DNA from: Gemmatimonadales bacterium
GTDB taxonomy: Bacteria > Gemmatimonadota > Gemmatimonadetes > Gemmatimonadales > GWC2-71-9
DNA: 64,000 bases
Direction of reading: 5' to 3'
NCBI GenBank assembly: GCA_965249575.1
Contig: OZ252244.1
Location: 896,001-960,000, forward strand
Shown: in pieces, positions 40,346 through 50,131 of the stretch
Position numbering within the stretch: the stretch's first letter is position 1
Layout: each line of letters starts with the position of its first letter
Program-made: the position numbers and the translations under genes
Notes under the pieces: generated by a model
The model's input: the letters and a program-made list of their open reading frames with translations, nothing else
Database searches by the model: none
What the model was told of the DNA's origin: nothing

Positions 40346-41584
40346 ATGTCGAATCCGTTCGCCGTACTGCTGGTCCTGGTGGGTCAGACCAGCGCGCAGG
40401 AGCCATCCCGCCGCATCACGCTCGAGGCAGCGGTGGGGCGCGCCGCGGTCCACAACGCAGACCTGCGGGTCGCGCGTGCGCGCCACGTCGAGGCGGCCGC
40501 GCAGGCAAGGCAGTCTCGAGGCTTTCCGAATCCAGTGGCGCAACTCACTCGCGAGTCGCTGTCGGACGCCGGACTGGATGCGGGAGAGACCTACCTGACG
40601 CTGGGCCAGCAGCTCGAGTGGCCCTGGGTCCGTGCAGCTCGTTCCCGCGCCGCAGACTTCGGTACGGCGGCCGCGGAAGCCCGCCTAACGGCTGACAGCG
40701 CGCGGGTCGTGTTCGCGGTTCGCCGGACGTACGTGGAGGTCTGGGCTGCCGAGCGCCGGCTTTCCACAGCGGAACGCGTGGCGGGGATCTTCCGCCGCAC
40801 CGCTTCGCAGGCCGAGGCCCGCTTTGCCGAGGGTGACGTGTCTGGATACGAAATGCGACGCCTTCGGTTGGAGCTCGCGGGGTACGAGCGGGCGGCAGGC
40901 ATCGGGCGCCTCACGGTGAATGGGCTTGCTCGGGCATTGGGAACGCTCATCGATCCCGAGGATGTCGCGGCCGCGTTCCTGGCCGAGGGCCTCCCCAGTT
41001 TCACCCCGCTGGACATCCCGCTCGATCGACTCGAGCCGACGGCATGGCGCCGCCGGCCGGCGCTCGCCGCGGCGGAGCGCGGGGTCAGTGCCGCGCGAGC
41101 ACGGCTGACCCACGCGCGGCGCACTCGGCTCCCGGCGCCCTCCCTGGTCGGAGGATACAAGACGCAAGACGATGGGTTGAGCGGACTCTTCGTCGGCGTC
41201 TCCCTGCCCGTCCCGGTTTTCGACCGTCGCAGCGGTGAGGTCGCGGCGGCGGAGGCACGGCTCGAAGCGGAGGAGGCCGCACTCGTTCTCGCACGCCGGA
41301 CGCTCAGCGGCGAGCTGCGTGGCGCCCTGGAGCGGCTGCGGTTCCTGGCGGAGCAGTACCGGACGTTTCAGGAAGCCAGCGCCGAAGCCCACGCACTCGC
41401 AGACATTGCGATCGCCAGCTACGCCGAGGGGGAGCTCGATCTCTCCGGGCTGCTCGAAGCGGCAAAGACGCTCGCGGAGTTGGATGGCGTCGCCGTCGAG
41501 GCCACGGCCGACTATTGGATCAGCTACTTCGAGCTGGATCGCGCGGCAGGGGGACTGGCCGCCGAGGGAGGCATCGTCCCATGA
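40346..41584 (+). CDS. TolC/CzcC family outer-membrane efflux protein
   Basis: GGAGG RBS, signal peptide, PNP, RFAEGDVS, VSLPVPVFDR, SYAEGE. Confidence 0.9.
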   Translation: MSNPFAVLLVLVGQTSAQEPSRRITLEAAVGRAAVHNADLRVARARHVEAAAQARQSRGFPNPVAQLTRESLSDAGLDAGETYLTLGQQLEWPWVRAARSRAADFGTAAAEARLTADSARVVFAVRRTYVEVWAAERRLSTAERVAGIFRRTASQAEARFAEGDVSGYEMRRLRLELAGYERAAGIGRLTVNGLARALGTLIDPEDVAAAFLAEGLPSFTPLDIPLDRLEPTAWRRRPALAAAERGVSAARARLTHARRTRLPAPSLVGGYKTQDDGLSGLFVGVSLPVPVFDRRSGEVAAAEARLEAEEAALVLARRTLSGELRGALERLRFLAEQYRTFQEASAEAHALADIAIASYAEGELDLSGLLEAAKTLAELDGVAVEATADYWISYFELDRAAGGLAAEGGIVP

Positions 41585-43074
41585 CCTGCCGAGTGTTCTG
41601 GGACGGGTGGCCCCTGGCCGTCGTGTTGGCCCTCGCCGCCTGCGGGTCGCAGGGAACCGTAGCCGAAGAGGAGAGCTCAGGACCTGCTGCCACCGCGGTG
41701 ACCGTCTGGAGTGACGCCGTGGAGCTGTTCTTCGAATACCTGCCGCTCGTGGCCGGCGCGCCGGGCGAGCCATGGGCCGTTCACGTAACCGACCTCTCCA
41801 CATTCAAGCCCGTTACCGAAGGGATCCTCACGCTCCATCTGACGGGGCCTGACGGGAACGCACAACGATTCGCTGCCGAGGTACCGGTGAGACCGGGGAT
41901 CTTCGCCCCGGCCCCCTCGTTGGCCACAGCGGGCCGATTCGATTTGGTGGTGGAAATCGAGAGCCCGACCGTGCGGGACCGCGTCCCGGCTGGCGTGGTG
42001 ACCGTTCACGCTTCCATTGACGACGTGCCGCAAGGCGGGGACGAAGACGACACCGGAGCGATCACGTTCCTCAAGGAACAGCAGTGGCCTATCCCCTTCG
42101 CTACACAACCCGCAGTGATCCGCGAGGTCCTGCGGGCGATCCGGGTGCCGGGGGAGATCGTGCCCGCGGGTGACCGGCTCGCGGGACTCGACGCGCCGGC
42201 CGATGGGCTCGTCTCACCGGAGCTGAATCGAAGCGACCCCATCGTTGGGGACCGCGTGCGACGCGGACAGCGCCTCGCGGTGCTGGCACCAGTCGACAAC
42301 GAAGGATCCTTCGCCGCCCTGGTTGCCCGTGTCGAGCGACTCGAGCGGGAGCTGGCGCGGGTCGAGCGGCTGCTCGAGCTGGAAGCCGTACCCGCCAGAC
42401 GCGTCGAGGAGACGCGGCACGACCTGGACCTCGCCCAGTCGGCGCTCGCCGCCATGGGAGGGCGGGCCGCTGAGGGGTACGGTTTGGTGATCCGCGCGCC
42501 TTTCGACGGCATCATCGCCGAGCGCCGGTTGGTGCTCGGCCAGCGGGTGGCGGCGGGAGACCGGCTGTTCACGTTGGTGGACCCCGATTCGGTGTGGCTC
42601 AGGGTACAGGTACCGGCGCGGGAAGCCGTCGAGCTCCATGTGGCAGTCGGCGCGACGTTCACCGTCGAAGGCGGCGATCGCCTTTATCGAGCCGAAAGGG
42701 CGGTGGCTGTTGGACACCTCATCGACCCAGAGCGTCGAACCGTACCCGTGGTGTTCGACGTAGCCAACCGCGACCGCTCGCTGCGCATCGGCGCGCTCGC
42801 GCAGGTGCGAGTGCTATCGCGGGAAGCGGTCTCGGGGGTGGCTCTCCCAGCGAGCGCGGTGCGGGACGAGGATGGCATTCCGGTGACCTACGTGCATACC
42901 GCCGGTGAGTCTTTCGAGCGGCGAATCCTGGCCCTGGGACCGTCGGACGGGGAGTGGGTGATCGTTCGCTCCGGAGTGGCCGGCGGCGAGCGAGCCGTGA
43001 CGATTGGCGCGTACCAGGTACGCCTGGCATCCCTCAATACGGGTGTCATTGCCGACCACGGGCACCCGCACTAG
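41581..43074 (+). CDS. RND periplasmic adaptor (CzcB/CusB-like) lipoprotein
   Basis: LAAC lipobox, ITFLKEQQW, IRAPFDG, LPASAV, C-terminal HGHPH; ATGA coupling. Confidence 0.92.
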   Translation: MTCRVFWDGWPLAVVLALAACGSQGTVAEEESSGPAATAVTVWSDAVELFFEYLPLVAGAPGEPWAVHVTDLSTFKPVTEGILTLHLTGPDGNAQRFAAEVPVRPGIFAPAPSLATAGRFDLVVEIESPTVRDRVPAGVVTVHASIDDVPQGGDEDDTGAITFLKEQQWPIPFATQPAVIREVLRAIRVPGEIVPAGDRLAGLDAPADGLVSPELNRSDPIVGDRVRRGQRLAVLAPVDNEGSFAALVARVERLERELARVERLLELEAVPARRVEETRHDLDLAQSALAAMGGRAAEGYGLVIRAPFDGIIAERRLVLGQRVAAGDRLFTLVDPDSVWLRVQVPAREAVELHVAVGATFTVEGGDRLYRAERAVAVGHLIDPERRTVPVVFDVANRDRSLRIGALAQVRVLSREAVSGVALPASAVRDEDGIPVTYVHTAGESFERRILALGPSDGEWVIVRSGVAGGERAVTIGAYQVRLASLNTGVIADHGHPH

Positions 43075-43090
43075 GGAGAAAGGCACCGCG

Positions 43091-46000
43091 ATGCTGGACA
43101 CCGTCATTCGGTGGTCGCTGGACAACCGCGTCCTCGCGCTCGCGGCAGCCGGCCTCCTGCTCGGCAGTGGGGTCTACACCGCCGCCACCCTCCCGGTGGA
43201 CGTGTTCCCAGACCTCACGGCCCCCACGGTCACCGTCCTCACCGAGGCGCACGGGATGGCCCCGGAGGAAGTCGAGACGCTGGTCACATTTCGCGTGGAG
43301 ACGGCCGTCAACGGTGCGTCGGGCGTGCGGCGCGTGCGATCGTCATCCGCACAGGGTATCAGCATCGTCTGGGTCGAGTTCGACTGGGGCGCCGACATCT
43401 TTCGCGCGCGGCAGATCGTGAGCGAGAAGCTCCAGCTCGTGGCCCGGCAGCTTCCGCCCGGCGTCGATCCCCCACTCATGGCACCGGTGACCTCCATCAT
43501 GGGCGAGATCCTCCTCATCGGGATGACGAGCCCGCAGCACGACGCGATGGAGATCCGCACCGCTGCCGACTGGGTGGTGCGTCCCCGGTTACTTGCGATT
43601 CCGGGCGTTGCGCAGGTGGTTCCCATCGGCGGCGACGTGCGGCAGTACCAGGTGCTGGTGGACCCCTTCCGGCTTGCGGCCCACGGCGTGAGCCTGGGCG
43701 ACGTGGTGCGCACAGCGTCAGCGGCCAGCGCGGTGGCGTCGGGCGGCGTGTATCAGGTTGAGGGTCAAGAGGTCTTGATCCGTGGAATTGGGCGCGTGCG
43801 TACTTCGGACGACTTGGGAGCCACAGTCGTCACCACCCGCGGGGCGGCCATCGTCCGCCTCCGAGACGTCGCGGATGTGCGCGTGGGCCCAAAGCCCAAG
43901 ATCGGGACCGCGTCCGTCCGCGCGGAGCCGGCGGTCGTTCTCTCGGTGCAGAAGCAACCCGCCGCCAACACCCTCGCTCTCACTGCCGCCATCGACGACG
44001 CGATGGACGAGTTGTCGAGCGGCGCACTTCCCGAGGGCATCGCGATCGATCGGGCGATCTTCCGTCAGGCGGATTTCATCGCGCTCGCCGTGGACAACGT
44101 GATCGCCGCGCTCCGGGACGGGGCGGTCCTCGTGGTACTGGTCTTGTTCGCCTTCCTGTGGAACGTCCGAACCACCGGCATCTCCGTACTGGCCATCCCG
44201 CTCTCCCTTTCCGCTGCGGTCCTCGCCCTGAAGGCCTTCGGTATCACGATCAACACAATGACCCTAGGCGGCATGGCCATCGCCGTCGGCGCCCTGGTGG
44301 ACGACGCGATCATCGACGTGGAGAACATTTTCCGCCGGCTCAAGGAGTCACGACACTCGGCCGCGCCCCGACGACGCGCGGTCGCCGTCGTCTATGACGC
44401 CGCGCGAGAGGTCCGCGCGCCGATCGTCAACGCAACGCTCATCATCGTGGTCGTATTCGTTCCCCTCTTCTTTCTCTCGGGCGTCGAGGGGCGAATGCTC
44501 CGGCCCCTGGGCTTTGCCTACATCGTGAGCATTCTGGCATCGCTCGGAGTGGCCGTGACGGTCACGCCGGTTCTGAGCTACTACCTCTTGCCCGGGGCGC
44601 CGGCCGTTGTTCGGGAGCGGGACAGCTGGCTCGTCGAGCACCTGAGAGCGGGATACGGAAGAATGCTGGAGTCGGTGCTGGAGCGGCCGCGTCCGGTGCT
44701 GGCCGCCGCCCTGGTTCTGGTCCTGTTGACGGTAGCACTGTTCCCACGGCTCGGACGGGGCTTTTTGCCCGAGTTCCAGGAGGGAACGCTCACCGTTTCA
44801 GCCGTGACGGCACCCGGAACCGGCCTCGCCGAGTCGGACCGGATGGGTATGCTGATCGAGGAAAAGATCCTGGCGCATCCTGCGGTAGTCTCAACCGCGC
44901 GTCGCACCGGACGCGCCGAGCTGGACGAGCATGCCCAGGGCGTCAACGCCGCGGAGATCGACGTCGGGCTCGACATCGAGCTGGGCCAGCAGCCGGTGGT
45001 CGCCGAGGATCTGCGGCGCACGCTCTCCCTCGTGCCTGGCACGAACGTCACGATCGGCCAGCCCATCGGGCATCGCATCGACCATATGCTGTCCGGCACC
45101 CGCGCGGCCATCGCCGTCAAGATCTTCGGGCCCGATCTCCACGAGCTTCGGCGCCTAGCGGAGCAAGTCCGCGCTTCGATGGAGCCCGTCGAGGGGGTGG
45201 TAGACCTGGCCGTCGAACAACAAGCGGATGTGCCGCAGCTTCAAATACTGTTGAACCGCGCCTCCCTCGCGGGTTACGGTGTGACGCCCGGCACCGTCGC
45301 AGAGGCCGTGGACATCGCTTTGAACGGCGAGGTGGTTTCGCAGGTACACGAGGGGCAGCGCACGTTCGACCTGGTAGTCCGCCTCGATTCGGCGAGCCGG
45401 GTCGGGCCGTCGGCCATTCGACGGCTGCCGGTGGACGTGCCCAGCGGCACCAGGGTGCCACTCGAGCTGCTCGCGGACATTCGAGAGGACAGGGGCCCGA
45501 ACACCGTCAGCCGTGAAAACGTCCAACGACTGATCGTGGTGCAGGCAAACGTGGCCGGACGGGACGTGGGCAGCACGGTGAGCGAGATCCGCGAGCGAGT
45601 GGGCAAGGACGTACAGATGCCCACAGGGTACCTCGTCGATTACGGGGGGCAGTTCGAGAGCGGTGAGCGCGCCACCCGCACCATCGCCCTGCTCTCGATC
45701 CTGTCGGTGGGCGCGGTGTTCTTGATACTGCTCAAAGAGTTCGGCAGCGCGAGGAGCGCGTCACTCGTCATGGTGAACCTACCGCTTGCCCTGGTAGGCG
45801 GGCTTGCCGCTGCTTGGCTGGCCGGGGGCGTGCTCAACGTCGCAACGCTCGTGGGCTTCGTGACGCTCTTCGGCATCGCGGTCAGGAACGGCATCTTGTT
45901 GGTCAGCCACTACCACCACTTGCTCGACGAGGGACTCGGGATTCGAGAGGCGGTGACCCGCGGATCGCTCGAACGGCTCAACCCGATTCTCATGACCGCG

Positions 46001-46195
46001 CTGACAGCGGCGCTAGCGCTCATCCCCCTTGCCCTGGGTGGGGGCGAGCCGGGCAAGGAGATCCAGGCGCCCATGGCAGTGGTCGTGCTCGGTGGGTTGT
46101 TGAGCTCTACCGCACTCAACATGGTAGTCGTGCCGGTGCTGTTCTTACGGTACGGCCAGGTCAGAGCCCAACGTGCGGGCGTCGACGGACAGTGA
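43091..46195 (+). CDS. Heavy-metal efflux RND permease (CusA/CzcA family)
   Basis: PVDVFPDL, EEVETLVT, GALVDDAIIDVEN, GVEGRMLRPL, ERLNPILMT. Confidence 0.95.
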   Translation: MLDTVIRWSLDNRVLALAAAGLLLGSGVYTAATLPVDVFPDLTAPTVTVLTEAHGMAPEEVETLVTFRVETAVNGASGVRRVRSSSAQGISIVWVEFDWGADIFRARQIVSEKLQLVARQLPPGVDPPLMAPVTSIMGEILLIGMTSPQHDAMEIRTAADWVVRPRLLAIPGVAQVVPIGGDVRQYQVLVDPFRLAAHGVSLGDVVRTASAASAVASGGVYQVEGQEVLIRGIGRVRTSDDLGATVVTTRGAAIVRLRDVADVRVGPKPKIGTASVRAEPAVVLSVQKQPAANTLALTAAIDDAMDELSSGALPEGIAIDRAIFRQADFIALAVDNVIAALRDGAVLVVLVLFAFLWNVRTTGISVLAIPLSLSAAVLALKAFGITINTMTLGGMAIAVGALVDDAIIDVENIFRRLKESRHSAAPRRRAVAVVYDAAREVRAPIVNATLIIVVVFVPLFFLSGVEGRMLRPLGFAYIVSILASLGVAVTVTPVLSYYLLPGAPAVVRERDSWLVEHLRAGYGRMLESVLERPRPVLAAALVLVLLTVALFPRLGRGFLPEFQEGTLTVSAVTAPGTGLAESDRMGMLIEEKILAHPAVVSTARRTGRAELDEHAQGVNAAEIDVGLDIELGQQPVVAEDLRRTLSLVPGTNVTIGQPIGHRIDHMLSGTRAAIAVKIFGPDLHELRRLAEQVRASMEPVEGVVDLAVEQQADVPQLQILLNRASLAGYGVTPGTVAEAVDIALNGEVVSQVHEGQRTFDLVVRLDSASRVGPSAIRRLPVDVPSGTRVPLELLADIREDRGPNTVSRENVQRLIVVQANVAGRDVGSTVSEIRERVGKDVQMPTGYLVDYGGQFESGERATRTIALLSILSVGAVFLILLKEFGSARSASLVMVNLPLALVGGLAAAWLAGGVLNVATLVGFVTLFGIAVRNGILLVSHYHHLLDEGLGIREAVTRGSLERLNPILMTALTAALALIPLALGGGEPGKEIQAPMAVVVLGGLLSSTALNMVVVPVLFLRYGQVRAQRAGVDGQ

Positions 46196-46242
46196 GCTGG
46201 ACGCGATACAGCCAACCATCTACGACAGCCGATCGCACGAGC

Positions 46243-47619
46243 TCAACTCACGGGTGGGGCTCCGTCGGGTCCGTTGTCCCAGTCCTGCGCGCTCGAGGAA
46301 TTGGGCATTCCCCAGTCGTGCCCGTTCCACTTGTCGAACCCGTCCATCCGGAACGCCCAGAACCCGCTGTAGTCATCCGCAACGACGATGAGACCGTCGG
46401 CGTTGCGGACGTCGAGGCCGTAGGCACCCAGCGCGACCCCGCCGGGCTCATGCGGCATGCGGTAGTTGTACGTGTCGTAGTAGCCGATCTCAACCGGATC
46501 GTGCGGAAAGCGGATGTCGAGGATGCGCAGGCCCTGCTGGTAGTCCGCGACAAAGGCGTAGGGCCAGCGGATTTCGATCATGTGGCCGCTCTTCCGCGAA
46601 TCGGCGGTCCACTGGCCGATCGGCTGCTTGATCACCGGGGTCTCACCGTCGAGCGCGGGCTTCAGATCCCAGAACCGAATCGGCTGGTGCGCCGGCGACG
46701 TCATGATCGTCATCGCGTACCGGCCGTCCGGCGTCGGCACGAAGGTATGTCCTCCCGACTGCATGGACGGCTGGGCGATCACCGTTGCCAGGAGCTTAGG
46801 GTTCTCGATGTCGGTGATGTCGTACACGAAGTTCCCGCCCAAGAAGGCCGTCTCGGGGCCGCCGCCGTAGAACCTGTCCTGCCGCGTGGCCGGATCGTAC
46901 GCCACGTACGCGTCGTGGTACCCCAGGGCCACGAAGCGCCCATACCCGCTTGCGTCCCCCCTCGGCCCGGGGAGTGGGACGCCCCCCACGAAGCCCTGGT
47001 CCCGATCGCCAGCCAGAAACCTCTCCATGTCGTACACGTGCGCCCCGAGCCGGTAGTCGGCTGGGGCCTGAACGTTGTTGAATAGGAAGGTGCGGCCCGT
47101 GGAGTGCTTGTACAGAAACAGGTTGTGCGCGCCACCGGGCGCCTGGGGTACGCGGATCCTTCCGACCTCTCTGACGGTGCTCGTGTCGGGGAGCCCCGTC
47201 ACGTCGAACACGATCGTCGAGAGGTCACGGTTCGGCGACCAGGGTCGGAGCTGCACCGCCTGCACGTAGTAGTACCGATCGTTCAGCTTGAAGTACTTCC
47301 CGTTCACCCCGCGGCCGTCGTGCAACTCCGGATCTTCGATCGCCCAGGAGTAGATGCGTTCCGCCCGTTCGGGGTTCCTGAGGCTAATCACGTCGAATCC
47401 GATCGGATCGGGCCCGCGGGAGACGTACGCATACGGCCGCGACATTTCCTGCTCGACCTCGATGTCGGAGACTTTCATGACACCGGCCAGCGGTATGTGA
47501 GCGACGAGCTTCACGTTCGGACTGGAGTTGTACCCGGCGGCATGCTGACCTAGCACCGGCGACGCCATAGCGGTGGCGAGCAACGCCACGAGTGGCAACG
47601 AGCGCCGTTTGGACACCAT
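46243..47619 (-). CDS. Secreted LVIVD-repeat-like beta-propeller protein (paralogue 3)
   Basis: Signal peptide; near-identical to the adjacent gene; GAGG RBS. Confidence 0.85.
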   Translation of the reverse strand: MVSKRRSLPLVALLATAMASPVLGQHAAGYNSSPNVKLVAHIPLAGVMKVSDIEVEQEMSRPYAYVSRGPDPIGFDVISLRNPERAERIYSWAIEDPELHDGRGVNGKYFKLNDRYYYVQAVQLRPWSPNRDLSTIVFDVTGLPDTSTVREVGRIRVPQAPGGAHNLFLYKHSTGRTFLFNNVQAPADYRLGAHVYDMERFLAGDRDQGFVGGVPLPGPRGDASGYGRFVALGYHDAYVAYDPATRQDRFYGGGPETAFLGGNFVYDITDIENPKLLATVIAQPSMQSGGHTFVPTPDGRYAMTIMTSPAHQPIRFWDLKPALDGETPVIKQPIGQWTADSRKSGHMIEIRWPYAFVADYQQGLRILDIRFPHDPVEIGYYDTYNYRMPHEPGGVALGAYGLDVRNADGLIVVADDYSGFWAFRMDGFDKWNGHDWGMPNSSSAQDWDNGPDGAPPVS

Positions 47620-47696
47620 GACAACCTCTCGAGAGGAGGAGAAGGAAAGGGACGGACGGTGTGTTCCGAACACGGCACACCATCCGCCTCGCCGCG

Positions 47697-49049
47697 TCAG
47701 CTCACCGGTGGGGCCCCGTCCGGTCCGTTATCCCAGTCCTGCACGCTCGAGGAGTTGGGCATCCCCCAGTCGTGCCCGTTCCACCCGTTGAACTCGTCCA
47801 TCCGGAAGGCCCAAAACCCGCTGTAGTCGTCCGCGACCACAATGAGGCCGTCGGCGTTCCGCACGTCGAGGCCGTACGCTCCCAACGCGACGCCGCCACG
47901 CTCGTACGGCATCCGATAGTTGAACGTGTCGTAGAAGCCAATCTCCACCGGATCGTGCGGGAAGCGGATGTCGAGGACGCGCAGGCCCTGCTGATAGTCC
48001 GCCACGAAGGCGTACGGCCAGCGGACCTCGATCATATGACCGCTCTTTCGCGAATCGGCCGTCCACTGGCCGATGGGCCGCCTGATCACCGGCGTCTCGC
48101 CATCGAGCGCGGGCTTCAGATCCCAGAACCGAATCGGCTGGTGCGCCGGCGACGTCATGATCGTCATTCCATACCGGCCATCCGGCGTCGCAACGAATGT
48201 GTGTCCACCCGCCTGCATGGACGGCTGGGCGATAATCGAGGCCAGGAGCTTGGGGTTCCTGATGTCGGTGATGTCGTACACGAAGTTCCCGCCCAGGAAG
48301 CTCGTCTCGGGGCCGCCACCGTAAAACTTGTCCTGCCGCGTGGCCGGGTCGTACGCGACGTAGGCATCGTGATATCCGCGGGCCTGGCCCCGCGGCTCGG
48401 GCAGGGGCACTCCCCCGGCGAGGCCCTGATCTGGATCGCCGGCCAAGAACTTCTCCATGTCGTACGCGTGGGCTCCATAGGGGTAATCGGCCGGAGCCTC
48501 CACCGTGTTGAACAGCAGCGTGAGCCCGGTCGAGTGCTTGTATGGGAAGAGATTGTGTGCGCCGCCCAGCGCCTGGGGTACGCGGATTCTTCCAACCTCT
48601 CGGACCGTGCTCGTGTCCGGGAGCCCAGTCACGTCAAACACGATCGTCGACACGTCACGGTTCGGTGAGCCCGGTCGGATCTGGACGGCCTGCACGTAGT
48701 AGTACCGGTTGTTCAGCTTGAAGTACTTCCCGTTCACACCGCGACCGACGTGTAGTTCCGGATCCTCGATCGCCCACGAATAGATACGCTCCGACTGCTC
48801 GGGGTTCTTGAGGCTGACAATGTCAAATCCGATCGGGTCGGGCCCTCGGGAGACGTACGCATACGGCCGCGACAGCTCCTGCTCGACCTCGATGTCGGAA
48901 ACCTTCATGACGCCGGCAAGTGGCACGTGCGCGATGAGCCTCACGTTCGGACTGTAGTTCTGACCGGCAGCGTACTGGCTCAGTACCGGCGACGCCATGG
49001 TGGCAGCGAGCAAAGCCACGAGTGGCAACGAGCGCCGTATGGAAATCAT
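47697..49049 (-). CDS. Secreted LVIVD-repeat-like beta-propeller protein (paralogue 2)
   Basis: Signal peptide; tandem duplicate sharing the leader TCTCTCGAGAGGTTGTCATG. Confidence 0.85.
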   Translation of the reverse strand: MISIRRSLPLVALLAATMASPVLSQYAAGQNYSPNVRLIAHVPLAGVMKVSDIEVEQELSRPYAYVSRGPDPIGFDIVSLKNPEQSERIYSWAIEDPELHVGRGVNGKYFKLNNRYYYVQAVQIRPGSPNRDVSTIVFDVTGLPDTSTVREVGRIRVPQALGGAHNLFPYKHSTGLTLLFNTVEAPADYPYGAHAYDMEKFLAGDPDQGLAGGVPLPEPRGQARGYHDAYVAYDPATRQDKFYGGGPETSFLGGNFVYDITDIRNPKLLASIIAQPSMQAGGHTFVATPDGRYGMTIMTSPAHQPIRFWDLKPALDGETPVIRRPIGQWTADSRKSGHMIEVRWPYAFVADYQQGLRVLDIRFPHDPVEIGFYDTFNYRMPYERGGVALGAYGLDVRNADGLIVVADDYSGFWAFRMDEFNGWNGHDWGMPNSSSVQDWDNGPDGAPPVS

Positions 49050-49165
49050 GACAACCTCTCGAGAGAAACGGGAGAGACGGAGACTACGGCCGTCTAGTCA
49101 CGCGGCCCGGTGATGATTACGAATCTGCTCCGGGCCGAGCCTCCGGGCAAGCGGGGGGGGATTAC

Positions 49166-49693
49166 TCAATAGCCCGCGCGATCCACCTCCTCCACTTTGG
49201 TGCGGCTGGGCATCATGAACAGCATGCCGTTCATCATCGCATACATCGGTTTCCATTTGAGCGGGATGTCCCCCGTCTCGAGATCGTACTTGAGGAGATC
49301 AAGGATCTCCGCCCAACCGGTGGCAGCGCCCTTGTGGTGCTTGACTTGATCGGCCGTCCAGCCCGAGTGGGTCACCGTGACCCGGCATCCATCGGCCGTT
49401 TCTACCAGGTCCCACGTGACCAGCGTGGGCTCACTAGAGTGTTGGAGAAACACGTAGGTATGCGCGAACCGCGTGGGAGGTGTCACTTCGACCACCTCGC
49501 CCACGATGAAGACGCGTTTCTTGTTCCGGCTGTAGTAGCGCAACCGCCCACCCGGTCGGAGGTCCGCCTCGAGGATCGTGTTGTACAGGGCACGCTGGAC
49601 GCGACCCGTCTTCGTGATCTCGTCCCACACGCGCCGGACCGGGACCGCGATGTCGATCGACACGACGTGGTCGGATAGCTTCGCTTCCGTCAT
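49166..49693 (-). CDS. SRPBCC/AHSA1 domain protein
   Basis: IDIAVPVRRVWDEIT, GEVVEVTPPTRF, VTVTHSG, GWAEILDLLK. Confidence 0.9.
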   Translation of the reverse strand: MTEAKLSDHVVSIDIAVPVRRVWDEITKTGRVQRALYNTILEADLRPGGRLRYYSRNKKRVFIVGEVVEVTPPTRFAHTYVFLQHSSEPTLVTWDLVETADGCRVTVTHSGWTADQVKHHKGAATGWAEILDLLKYDLETGDIPLKWKPMYAMMNGMLFMMPSRTKVEEVDRAGY

Positions 49694-49708
49694 CCAACGA
49701 CTCCCGTG

Positions 49709-50071
49709 TTATGGGCCGCGCTTCCGGCGCCGTCGCGCCGGTCGCTCGGCCTCCAGCTCGAGCTTCAGGTCTACGAGCGACTCCGCCCAGTGCCGGTGAT
49801 ACCGTCTGACCCACCGGTCATAGATCTGCTGGATGGGCACCGAGTTCAGGTGATTCATCACGCGCCGCCCCTTCCTGCGCCGCACGACCAGCCGACCCTC
49901 CTCCAGGACGCTGAGGTGCTGCATGACGGCGAACCGTGACAGGTCCGGAAACCGGCTGGCCAGCGCCCCCGTATCGACCGGGCCATCGCGGAGGACGTCG
50001 AGCATTTCCCTTCTCAGCGGGTTGGCGAGGGCCCGCCAGACGGGATCCAGAGATGTTGACCCGGCTTGCAT
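49709..50071 (-). CDS. ArsR/SmtB family regulator
   Basis: VWRALANPLRREMLD, SRFAVMQHLSVL, GRRVMNHLNSVPIQ. Confidence 0.92.
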   Translation of the reverse strand: MQAGSTSLDPVWRALANPLRREMLDVLRDGPVDTGALASRFPDLSRFAVMQHLSVLEEGRLVVRRRKGRRVMNHLNSVPIQQIYDRWVRRYHRHWAESLVDLKLELEAERPARRRRKRGP

Positions 50072-50093
50072 ATGTGATAATATTATCACATAT
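50070..50093. promoter_or_regulatory. Perfect 24-bp palindromic operator (ArsR site)
   Basis: ATATGTGATAAT|ATTATCACATAT, abutting the arsR ATG, in the divergent promoter region. Confidence 0.85.
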
Positions 50094-50131
50094 TAGTTTC
50101 GCCGCAACTCCGACTTTGAAGGAGAACCGCC

